Below are positions 1-6,592 of a DNA stretch of 6,942 nt, piece after piece (the first letter of the stretch is position 1; each line of letters opens with the position of its first letter). Source of the DNA: a virus (taxonomy: Duplodnaviria > Heunggongvirae > Uroviricota > Caudoviricetes); the IMG/VR virus record IMGVR_UViG_2541047435_000014; one strand, 5' to 3'. The notes under the pieces were generated by a model. It searched no databases. It saw only the letters and a list, made by a program, of their open reading frames with translations, and was not told the DNA's origin. Both the position numbers and the translations under genes were made by a program.

Positions 1-1946
1 ATATTCATGTCATTCTCCTGTTCTGCCTGTATCACTGCCCACTTCATCCAGCCCCTTAACATCCTGCCACGGCCCGTCACCAAACCTGACCTGCAAATGC
101 TGAAAAAAACCTGAACCCGTGTGGCATCTTTGGGGTCAAGAAAGGTCAGTCCGGTGATGAGTGCGCCATCTGTATCCGGGAACCAGCCATTGCTGTTTGT
201 CTCAATAATGTTTCCCGGCCCCAGACGGAACCGTATTTGCGTCTCCCCCGGGTCGCCCTTCGGCCCCTGAGGTCCGGTCGCCCCCACCGGGCCTGCCGCA
301 CCTGTTTCTCCTTTCGGTCCCTGTGGGCCTGCCGGGCCTGCCGCACCGGTATCTCCCTTTGGACCCTGTGGACCTGCATTTCCCGTCAGACCGGTCTCTC
401 CCCGCTCTCCCCTGTCACCTTTCGGCCCCTGCGGGCCTGCCGGACCAGCATCACCTGCCGGTCCCCGTTCGCCGGTTGCCCCGACAGGGCCGGTGTCACC
501 GCGCTCTCCCTTATCACCCTTCGGCCCAGCCGGACCTGCTGGCCCCGTGTCCCCTTTATCTCCTTTCGGACCGGGAACACCACCTCCTGCTGCAGCCTCT
601 TCTGCCTTTGTTTTCGCTTCATTTGCCACATCCATTGCCGCTTTCACCGCTTTCGGGGTGGCAGCCTTCGTTTCATCATCACTGTCCGTTGCGCTGCTTA
701 ACTGCACAATTCCCTTCTGTGCCGTCGTTGCATCAGCCACATTTGCAGCGCTGCCTGCCGGACCTGGCTCTCCACGAGGTCCCTGAGGTCCGGTCTCTCC
801 TCGTTCGCCTCTCGGACCTGCAGGACCAGGTTCACCTCGGGGGCCAGTCTCCCCACGCTCACCTCGTGCTCCCATCGGTCCCTGTGGTCCGGCTTCTCCT
901 CGTTCGCCTTTAGGACCTTGCGGGCCTGCAGGACCTCCCGGATCACCTTTCTCGCCTTTTGGCCCCATATCCCCCTGGTCCCCTTTAGGCCCCCGCTCTC
1001 CGGTATCCCCCTTCAGGCCTGGTATTCCCTGCGGTCCTCGCTCCCCCTGTTCGCCCTTCTCACCACGCGGACCAGCAGGCCCTACAGCCCCCTGAGCACC
1101 AACGTCACCACGCTCACCTTTCGGCCCTGCGGGCCCTTGAGGGCCCACTGGACCTGTTTCGCCTTTAGGACCGACATCCCCCTTCGGACCAGTTTCTCCC
1201 TGAGGCCCCCGGGGCCCCCGTGCATTCTCAGCCATACGTCTGGCCTCTTCAGCACTGACAGTGGCAGCCTCTGCCCGCTTAAGGATCTCTCCGGCGCTCT
1301 CCTGCGCCAGCCTGGCCTTTTCAGCATGCTGTCTGGCTTTTTCTGCATCAGCTCCGGCGGCTTTTTCAGACTCTCCGGCACGGGTCGAGCTTTCCTCTGC
1401 ATTCCCCGCTGCTGTGACTGCACGGGTCGCAGCCTCAGTGGCATCAGTCGCTTTTTGTCCGGCTTCAGCCGCCCTGCTGGTTGCCGTCTTTGCACTGTCA
1501 GATGCACTCTTCGCACTGGCTGCTGCACTTTCTTTTGACTGTGTGGCCTGAGTGTTTTTTGTCGCCGTGTCTTCATTCAGGCGACGAATAGTGGCAAGGT
1601 CATCAGCCACATTATTCTGTATCTGCCGGAAATCTGTCAGCAGTTCTCCGGGTATGCTAACCTCAACAAGACTGCGGCGTAACAGCATATTGAGCGTCAC
1701 CGTACTTTCGGTCCCCTCAATACGCACACGTCCGTAGACAGCAGTCTTCCCTTTCACCGTCACCGAAACCGCATACTCCCCCGGATCCATCGTCATTCCG
1801 TAATATCCACCTTCACGGGTCACTGCCGACGCACTGGTGCCGCTGAGCGCATCCGGTGAAACTGTCAGCGCCGTCAGGGTAATATTTGCTCCTGATATCG
1901 CCTCACCATCAGGAGATTTCAGCGTCCCCGAAACAACAACACTCAC
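1..1946 (-). CDS. Phage tail-fibre protein with collagen-like (Gly-X-Y) repeats; 3' end not closed in this frame (runs off the window edge, see frame break at 103-109)
   Basis: Minus-strand frame open from 1946 to the window edge; absent from the ORF track because there is no in-frame stop. GTG start at 1946-1944 overlaps the upstream TGA (GTGTGA), with SD GGAGGT 5 nt upstream. Translation begins [24 protein letters not shown], passes an Ala-rich segment, then [14 protein letters not shown]... Gly-X-Y repeats, a linker [34 protein letters not shown] resembling the phage tail-fibre repeat motif, a second Gly-X-Y block, and ends [48 protein letters not shown]. Confidence 0.85.
   Translation of the reverse strand, partial: MSVVVSGTLKSPDGEAISGANITLTALTVSPDALSGTSASAVTREGGYYGMTMDPGEYAVSVTVKGKTAVYGRVRIEGTESTVTLNMLLRRSLVEVSIPGELLTDFRQIQNNVADDLATIRRLNEDTATKNTQATQSKESAAASAKSASDSAKTATSRAAEAGQKATDATEAATRAVTAAGNAEESSTRAGESEKAAGADAEKARQHAEKARLAQESAGEILKRAEAATVSAEEARRMAENARGPRGPQGETGPKGDVGPKGETGPVGPQGPAGPKGERGDVGAQGAVGPAGPRGEKGEQGERGPQGIPGLKGDTGERGPKGDQGDMGPKGEKGDPGGPAGPQGPKGERGEAGPQGPMGARGERGETGPRGEPGPAGPRGERGETGPQGPRGEPGPAGSAANVADATTAQKGIVQLSSATDSDDETKAATPKAVKAAMDVANEAKTKAEEAAAGGGVPGPKGDKGDTGPAGPAGPKGDKGERGDTGPVGATGERGPAGDAGPAGPQGPKGDRGERGETGLTGNAGPQGPKGDTGAAGPAGPQGPKGETGAAGPVGATGPQGPKGDPGETQIRFRLGPGNIIETNSNGWFPDTDGALITGLTFLDPKDATRVQVFFSICRSGLVTGRGRMLRGWMKWAVIQAEQENDMN
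243..587 (-). repeat. Collagen-like Gly-X-Y tandem repeat block 2 inside the tail-fibre CDS (about 115 codons)
   Basis: Minus-strand translation [115 protein letters not shown]. Near-identical nucleotide sub-repeats such as CCGGGCCTGCCGCACC occur at about 287-302 and 333-348. Confidence 0.9.
753..1217 (-). repeat. Collagen-like Gly-X-Y tandem repeat block 1 inside the tail-fibre CDS (about 155 codons, one register interruption at GDPGGPAG)
   Basis: Manual translation of the minus strand gives [38 protein letters not shown]...[25 protein letters not shown], with Gly at every third residue. The GC-rich, Pro/Arg-rich plus-strand ORFs in the track are the antisense image of this block. Confidence 0.9.
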
Positions 1947-2593
1947 ACTCCACCTCCGTTAAACACTTTTTTACGGGCAGACAATGCACTGTCTGCCCCC
2001 TGTTTGATCCCAAGTTGCTCAACAAAACTCTGATAATGCTGCGCAGCCAGCCCCGATTCTGCGCCACCGGCAGCATCCTTACTGAAAGCGCGAAACAACA
2101 TCCACTCCACCAGTGGGTTAACATAAGCCTCTTCCAGTGGAACTGGCGTATCATCGTCCTGCGTCAGAACATACACTGCCTCCGGTATCCGGCTTACCAC
2201 TGCATCAATACTTATCTCTTTGTCAGGAGTAGGAAACAGCCAGAATACGCGCGGGGACAGGTCGTTGCTGATAAAACATTCAGGAATACCCTTCATTGTG
2301 GGCCACTCAGGATACTGCGCATCCAGCACCTCCCGGGATAATGGTCTGACTGCACTACCGTCACTGAGGCATATCACGTCAAGAAGTTGTATTACACCAT
2401 CGGGCAAAACCTGACGGGCGCCAGGAACACAACTTATTGTTTCCAGGCTTGCGCCAGCATCCGGTCTCGCCAGAATCACTGCCCTCACAGCATCATTGTA
2501 ATAATCGCACAATTCCTGCAGGGGCCAGCGAACCATCATCGGGTCAACCAGTTGTGTATTCACACGTCCGATGATTTCTGTAATCGTCGTCAT
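1943..2593 (-). CDS. Hypothetical phage virion/morphogenesis protein (216 aa), immediately upstream of the tail fibre
   Basis: ORF-track ORF MTTITEIIGRVNTQLVDP...KKVFNGGGV. Its ATG (2593-2591) overlaps the stop of the upstream gene (TGATG), and its TGA (1945-1943) overlaps the tail-fibre GTG start, indicating translational coupling in one operon. No recognisable catalytic motif. Confidence 0.75.
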   Translation of the reverse strand: MTTITEIIGRVNTQLVDPMMVRWPLQELCDYYNDAVRAVILARPDAGASLETISCVPGARQVLPDGVIQLLDVICLSDGSAVRPLSREVLDAQYPEWPTMKGIPECFISNDLSPRVFWLFPTPDKEISIDAVVSRIPEAVYVLTQDDDTPVPLEEAYVNPLVEWMLFRAFSKDAAGGAESGLAAQHYQSFVEQLGIKQGADSALSARKKVFNGGGV

Positions 2594-3156
2594 CAGAAAA
2601 ACCTCTGCCTGCGTACAGGGTTGCGGTATGAAGAGTACGGGCTTGTCGCCAGTGTATGACGATATGCCCGACGGATCCCCTCAGAAAACTGCACAGAAAA
2701 ATACTGTGCGCGTAACGGATCTGACCATGAAACACCAGTCTGCATGAACAACCGCTCAAGTGCCCCCGCAGCCACTTCTTCAGGCCATGTGAGGAGTTCA
2801 TCCGGTATCTGGCTGCGTCCGGCTTTCGGAGCGACGGCATAAAGCACGCTCACCTCACCGGGAGAACAGGCAAATCGCAGGGAGCGTCCGGAGCTGATAT
2901 CCACATCCCGACCGACAAAAAGCTCATGATTATCGTCAGAGATACGGATGATATGAACGCACTCCTCATCATCTTTGTCATACGGAAGCACGATTTCTTT
3001 TCCTGCTACTGGTACAACAGTAACCTCCCGACGGCACACCAACGACTGGCGGCTGAATGCCACGGCAGCCATTGACAGAGCATCCGTCATCATAATGTTC
3101 AGTGGACCGCTGATATGACGACGGACATACGGTAAAAAATCACTCAGTTCCGCCAT
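2593..3156 (-). CDS. Hypothetical phage structural/morphogenesis protein (about 187 aa; the track's ORF 2593..3264 is probably N-terminally over-extended)
   Basis: Same frame as track ORF 2593..3264. Starting at 3264 would overlap the upstream gene by about 125 nt, whereas the in-frame ATG at 3156-3154 (MAELSDFLPYVRRHISGPL...) has SD GGAG about 10 nt upstream and overlaps the upstream stop (3142-3140) by only 17 nt. Start choice is uncertain: in-frame ATGs at 3093 and 3090 lack an SD. Confidence 0.65.
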   Translation of the reverse strand: MAELSDFLPYVRRHISGPLNIMMTDALSMAAVAFSRQSLVCRREVTVVPVAGKEIVLPYDKDDEECVHIIRISDDNHELFVGRDVDISSGRSLRFACSPGEVSVLYAVAPKAGRSQIPDELLTWPEEVAAGALERLFMQTGVSWSDPLRAQYFSVQFSEGIRRAYRHTLATSPYSSYRNPVRRQRFF

Positions 3157-3601
3157 GCTGTTCAGTCTCCGCAACACGACGGCGAAATGCCTCACGCACC
3201 CGGATACGGAATGCCTCAGCCGTTTCTTTCGGGTCTTTGTGAATATCCAGCTCTTCTGCCTCACACAGCGTCGCCAGCCGTGCTGAGGTGAGCTTACTTA
3301 AATCCACCTCCTGCCCGTTAACAGAAACAACAAAACTGTTCTCCGCTTCTGCCAGCGCAGCAAGCACTCTTTCCTGCGCCTGCTGTGCCTGCCGCAACTG
3401 CTCATTCTGTTGTTGCTTTTTCAGAACATCATCAAGCTCTTCATGACGAACCCAGACATCCGGAAACCCCAGCAGTTGCCAGGCCATCGCGCTGTCAACA
3501 TGCACCGGCTCAAGACGTGGGAACAGCGTGCGACTTCCGGTAATGGTGTCCTTTTTCACGGGTTTTGGGCCGATATAGACAACGGCAATTTTCTCACTCA
3601 T
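3140..3601 (-). CDS. Hypothetical phage protein (about 153 aa) with a Gln/Ala-rich predicted coiled-coil segment
   Basis: Track ORF 3140..3628 (MRAFYPGNYMSEKIAVVYIGPKP...). The ATG at 3628 lies inside a GC-rich hairpin; the in-frame ATG at 3601-3599 (MSEKIAVVYIGPKPVKK...) follows a GGGGAA SD-like sequence just outside the hairpin and U-tract, so it is the preferred start. Central segment KKQQQNEQLRQAQQAQERVLAALAEAE. Confidence 0.7.
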   Translation of the reverse strand: MSEKIAVVYIGPKPVKKDTITGSRTLFPRLEPVHVDSAMAWQLLGFPDVWVRHEELDDVLKKQQQNEQLRQAQQAQERVLAALAEAENSFVVSVNGQEVDLSKLTSARLATLCEAEELDIHKDPKETAEAFRIRVREAFRRRVAETEQHGGTE

Positions 3602-3613
3602 ATAATTCCCCGG

Positions 3614-3637
3614 ATAAAAAGCCCGCATGACGCGGGC
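3614..3637 (-). terminator. Intrinsic-terminator-like hairpin plus U-tract between the 129-aa gene and the 153-aa gene (likely partial terminator or RNA-stabilising stem-loop)
   Basis: Minus-strand RNA GCCCGCGUCAUGCGGGC (6-bp GC stem 3621-3626/3632-3637, 5-nt loop) followed by UUUUUAU (3620-3614), directly upstream of the SD and ATG at 3601. Confidence 0.45.
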
Positions 3638-3650
3638 CGGAAGGTTTTAA

Positions 3651-4040
3651 TCAGTATCCCACCACGGTATAACGCAGCAGAACATTCAGGGTGCCGGTTG
3701 CAGCGGCAGTCTTAATGGTGACAGTAACCAGCTCCCCGTCACGCTGTGTGGTGTACGGCTCCACTGGCACATATCTGGCAAATTTTGCAGAAACAGCTTC
3801 GCTGTTATCGATGAGAGCATGCTCACCGGACTTAATGCTGACGGTTGCAGTACCCAGACCACCCGTTGAAACCAGTTGGAGTGAGTTGATACGGATGCCC
3901 ACTGGCAGTGAGAGAAGATGAATAACACTGTCCGCTTCCGCAGCATTCACCGTAAATACGCCTTCTGCCACCGACTCATTACCGTGCGTACCCGTATAGA
4001 CCCGTTCACTCAGTGACGGGGCAAGGATAGTCTTTGCCAT
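3651..4040 (-). CDS. Hypothetical small phage virion protein (129 aa), immediately downstream of the major capsid gene (possible decoration or head-associated protein)
   Basis: Track ORF MAKTILAPSLSERVYTGTHGNESVAEGVF...LLRYTVVGY. ATG at 4040 is preceded by SD AGGAG with a 9-nt spacer. Function is inferred from position only. Confidence 0.75.
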   Translation of the reverse strand: MAKTILAPSLSERVYTGTHGNESVAEGVFTVNAAEADSVIHLLSLPVGIRINSLQLVSTGGLGTATVSIKSGEHALIDNSEAVSAKFARYVPVEPYTTQRDGELVTVTIKTAAATGTLNVLLRYTVVGY

Positions 4041-4055
4041 AATTAATGACTCCTG

Positions 4056-4078
4056 AAAAAGCCGGGCGAAAACCCGGC
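4056..4078 (-). terminator. Intrinsic-terminator-like hairpin plus U-tract immediately downstream of the major capsid gene
   Basis: Minus-strand RNA GCCGGGUUUUCGCCCGGC (stem 4061-4066/4073-4078) followed by UUUUU (4060-4056), 18 nt after the capsid stop at 4098-4096 and just before AGGAG-ATG of the next gene. Confidence 0.5.
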
Positions 4079-4095
4079 ATAGGGAAAGGAAAAAA

Positions 4096-5310
4096 TCAGA
4101 GCTTCACTGCTGTATCAACGGCAATCACGCCGTGATCCTGCATCTTGCCGCTCTTCTCGGGGAAACGGATTTTTTTCAGACCGTTGATCCAGCTGATTGC
4201 TATCTCAGTACGGTTATCCATATCCGTTTTCTTCTCAACCATGTTGAAGTGACCGCCCGCCTTCTGACCGTAAGCATTTGCCAGCGCCTGAGCCCCCAGT
4301 AACATGGCGCGGTCAATATTGGTTGCAGCAGCGACCTCTTTCGTGGTTGCCGTCAGGTTATTCTCTGATACCAGAACCTTTGACCCCTGATAGAAACGGA
4401 TCGGCATACCCGCATACTTACGAACCAGGATATTGCGCCACATCGCACATTCACCTTTGAACAGCGGATGATTAAAACCTTTTGCACGGTTCACGGCACG
4501 AACCATCATCTGGTTCCAGTCCTTACCGGACGTCGAGGTGTACCAGTCATTCCACTGACGCGGCGTGACGTACAGGACGTAATATGGATCTTCTCCGTGA
4601 AGTTCATCACCGGACAGACGAACCGGCTGTAACGGATGCGCCATTTCGTCAATGAACAGGGAGAGATTGTCCACCAGGCCAATAGAAAAAATATCTGCCG
4701 CTTCAATCTGCTCAAAGCTTGTCGCATCACCGCCAAAAAAGTGACGGTCATGTGTCGGAGGCAGTACATCGTTGATCATGATTTTTTTGAATTCAGGGTG
4801 CTCCGCTGTCGGCAGAATAGTGTCGTCAGCAACAAAATCACCACGAGCTCCAGCAAGATGCACTATCGCACACTGGTCCTGCAGGTCATTAAAGTACGTC
4901 CCCAGAAGCGTTCTGGCTGAGGATGCCAGGTTAAACTTCGTGCGCTGCTGACTCATACGTCCGCCTGCATCCACCAGGTGACGTCCCTGATTGATTTTCA
5001 GGGAGAAGTCAGCATGGCTGAGATCCTCACCACGACCTTCAACACGCTCATCTCCCATCGTCGGACGTTTTGAGAGTTTGTGCATGATGCTGAAGGTCAC
5101 TTCATCACCGGCCTGTTTGTTAAGGTCTGTGATACGGACAACCGGCGCACCCGCGCTGGTCTGCTTCGTGCTTTTCTTGTCCGGCGAAACCGCTTTTGGC
5201 GCTTCCTGCTGTTCAGTGAGGATATTTACCATCGAGCGGTTGCGGTTGGCAGCGGTAAAAAGCGCCACCTGATACAGCTTATTCGCCTGGGCTGATGTTA
5301 CAGTCGTCAT
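4096..5310 (-). CDS. Phage major capsid protein (404 aa)
   Basis: Track ORF MTTVTSAQANKLYQVALFTAANRNRSMVNILTEQ...VIAVDTAVKL. Sits directly after an acidic scaffold-like gene (23-nt intergenic, SD AAGGAG) and is followed by a hairpin. Size and position fit a major capsid protein, and the sequence resembles prophage major capsid proteins of enterobacteria by recollection, with no search run. Confidence 0.85.
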   Translation of the reverse strand: MTTVTSAQANKLYQVALFTAANRNRSMVNILTEQQEAPKAVSPDKKSTKQTSAGAPVVRITDLNKQAGDEVTFSIMHKLSKRPTMGDERVEGRGEDLSHADFSLKINQGRHLVDAGGRMSQQRTKFNLASSARTLLGTYFNDLQDQCAIVHLAGARGDFVADDTILPTAEHPEFKKIMINDVLPPTHDRHFFGGDATSFEQIEAADIFSIGLVDNLSLFIDEMAHPLQPVRLSGDELHGEDPYYVLYVTPRQWNDWYTSTSGKDWNQMMVRAVNRAKGFNHPLFKGECAMWRNILVRKYAGMPIRFYQGSKVLVSENNLTATTKEVAAATNIDRAMLLGAQALANAYGQKAGGHFNMVEKKTDMDNRTEIAISWINGLKKIRFPEKSGKMQDHGVIAVDTAVKL

Positions 5311-5333
5311 TACTTCAGTTCTCCTTCAGTAAG

Positions 5334-6341
5334 TTACCCGAGCTTCTCCAGAAGCGCGTCTATTTCAGCATTCGTCATACCGCGCATAATCGCCTCTGCC
5401 TCTGAATGAGAAGCGCCAAGTAACCGTTCAAAATTATCACCGGTTCCGACGGAAGCCGTGGTGCCTAAATCTGACGGGGAAGCAGGTACTGCCTGCTCCT
5501 GTTCAGCGGTCTTCACTTTCTCTTCCGCCGTTTTCCGGATATCCGTTTTGTCTGCCTTGTTGTCAGCAGACGACTCACTGACTTCACCGAAAGCAACCTG
5601 CGTACGACGGGCCACTTCAGCGAAACGTTCAGTGAGCGTTTTGTCTTTCCATGCGGGGTCATTCTGGAGCTTCCCGTCGATGGATACAGCAACCGAGAAG
5701 CGATCTGGATCGGACTCCTGCCACGTTTTCAGCACCGGCACGGCATTCATCGCATCAAGAACCGGTGATAAATCCTCACCACCATTACCTTCTGCCTGCT
5801 GTGCTGATTGCTGAACACGGGACTGGAGATAGTTATTTTTACGGATGAGCGAAGCCACCGCGTCACCAATTTCCGGATACATCTCCCTGATACGGGCAAT
5901 CTGCTCATCAGAAATTTTTTCGTTTTCCGGTAACGGTGTGGGCTTCATACCGGCCTGGTGGATCTGAGACGTCAGCAGTTCCACCCTGCGTTTTTCTTCA
6001 GCTATCTGCCCACGAAGAAGTGCGGCTTCCTGTTCGGCCCGTTGCTTACCGGAACGTTCAGCCTCAAGGACTTCATAGGGAATGACGTGTTTACCGTCGC
6101 GGGTGAGCACCCCCTTCGCTTCCGGCTCCTTCACGTCCTGCGTCTGCTCCACACTGGCATCCGGCGTCGGTGCCACATTGTTATCGCCCGTCTGAGTCTG
6201 TGCTTCCTCATCCGCATGTTTTTCCGTGGTATCTTCCGTCACGACGTCCTGTGCGTGACTGTCAATATCCACATCCCCAAGTCCTTCCAGCATTTTTTCC
6301 AGTTGTTCCGGGGTTTCTTCACCCGTAAATTCAAAATCCAT
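5334..6341 (-). CDS. Phage scaffolding protein (335 aa, highly acidic, predicted coiled-coil)
   Basis: Track ORF MDFEFTGEETPEQLEKMLEGLGDVDIDSHAQDVVTEDTTEKHADEEAQ... is rich in Glu/Asp/Ala/Gln with heptad-like segments (RAEQEAALLRGQIAEEKRRVELLTSQI). SD GGAG is 8 nt before ATG 6341, and the gene lies immediately upstream of the capsid gene, the typical scaffold position. Confidence 0.75.
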   Translation of the reverse strand: MDFEFTGEETPEQLEKMLEGLGDVDIDSHAQDVVTEDTTEKHADEEAQTQTGDNNVAPTPDASVEQTQDVKEPEAKGVLTRDGKHVIPYEVLEAERSGKQRAEQEAALLRGQIAEEKRRVELLTSQIHQAGMKPTPLPENEKISDEQIARIREMYPEIGDAVASLIRKNNYLQSRVQQSAQQAEGNGGEDLSPVLDAMNAVPVLKTWQESDPDRFSVAVSIDGKLQNDPAWKDKTLTERFAEVARRTQVAFGEVSESSADNKADKTDIRKTAEEKVKTAEQEQAVPASPSDLGTTASVGTGDNFERLLGASHSEAEAIMRGMTNAEIDALLEKLG

Positions 6342-6450
6342 AAATAACTCCGCATGGTCTGTTTATCGGACAGATCCGAATGGTTGAGTAAATAAGGCTT
6401 ATCGCTGCCCCCGCGAATAAGCGCACCGCTCCCGGAACGCTTACCTCCGG

Positions 6451-6478
6451 AAACAAAAAACCCCGTACGATGACGGGG
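6451..6478 (-). terminator. Rho-independent terminator (minus strand) upstream of the scaffold gene
   Basis: Minus-strand RNA CCCCGUCAUCGUACGGGG (6-bp stem 6461-6466/6473-6478, 6-nt loop) followed by UUUUUUGUUU (6460-6451), 20 nt after the stop of the short remnant ORF ending at 6499. Confidence 0.55.
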
Positions 6479-6498
6479 TTCAGTTGAAGCCAGAGTTT

Positions 6499-6591
6499 TC
6501 AGAGCGACATTTCATTCATCCGCTGTTGTAACGTATACAGCATCTGTTGCTGAAGAACGTCCTGCTCCTGTTCCATATTCTGTACGCCGGT
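6499..6591 (-). pseudogene. 3' terminal remnant (30 codons plus stop) of a gene apparently truncated by the IS66-family insertion
   Basis: The minus-strand frame is open across the putative IS boundary and reads TGVQNMEQEQDVLQQQMLYTLQQRMNEMSL then TGA at 6501-6499, followed by a strong terminator. No credible SD or start lies in the flank, so a C-terminal fragment is more likely than a complete small gene. Identity of the original gene is unknown. Confidence 0.3.
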
Positions 6592-6592
6592 A

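Noticed and set aside
243-1217. Gly-X-Y collagen repeats as eukaryotic collagen or contamination
   Set aside because: The repeats sit inside a contiguous bacterial-type operon, with an SD, GTG start and overlapping stop/start, and are flanked by a tail-fibre repeat motif. Collagen-like shafts are well known in phage fibres.
237-1551. Plus-strand ORFs 237..701, 323..913, 493..786, 918..1538 and 1261..1551 with Pro/Arg/Ser/Leu-rich translations
   Set aside because: They are the antisense or off-frame image of the GC-rich collagen-like and Ala-rich repeats of the minus-strand tail-fibre gene. They are low-complexity, have no start context, and mutually overlap.
146-1576. Minus-strand ORFs 146..379, 386..631, 698..946 and 1082..1576 (Arg/Gln-rich)
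   Set aside because: All lie in one alternative frame of the same strand as the tail fibre and are created by the triplet periodicity of the Gly-X-Y repeat. The fibre frame gives a continuous, coherent protein, and these do not.
1909-2154. Minus-strand ORF 1909..2154 (81 aa, Cys/Trp-rich)
   Set aside because: It is embedded out of frame within the 216-aa gene and the tail-fibre start, and its composition is implausible for a real protein.
1886-6347. Plus-strand ORFs 1886..2341, 2220..2414, 2387..2659, 3410..3715, 3691..3921, 4278..4460, 4636..4920, 4991..5272, 5080..5295, 5458..5814, 5651..5848 and 5958..6347
   Set aside because: Each is fully antisense to a well-supported minus-strand gene with coupling and SD signals. 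They lack ribosome-binding sites and have atypical composition, so they are most likely shadow ORFs.
6418-6444. Inverted copy of the IS terminal motif (TAAGCG ... CGCTTAC at 6418-6444, versus GTAAGCG at 6593), which could mark a second IS end or a miniature element
   Set aside because: Identity with the 6593 terminus holds for only 8 bp and then falls to chance level. It is more likely a coincidental short palindrome in the leader than a second inverted repeat.
6342-6450. Possible sigma70 promoter for the scaffold-capsid operon (TTTACT, 19-nt spacer, GATAAA) and the small palindrome TCTGTTTATCGGACAGA
   Set aside because: The match to consensus is poor and the spacing is suboptimal; not strong enough to annotate as a feature.
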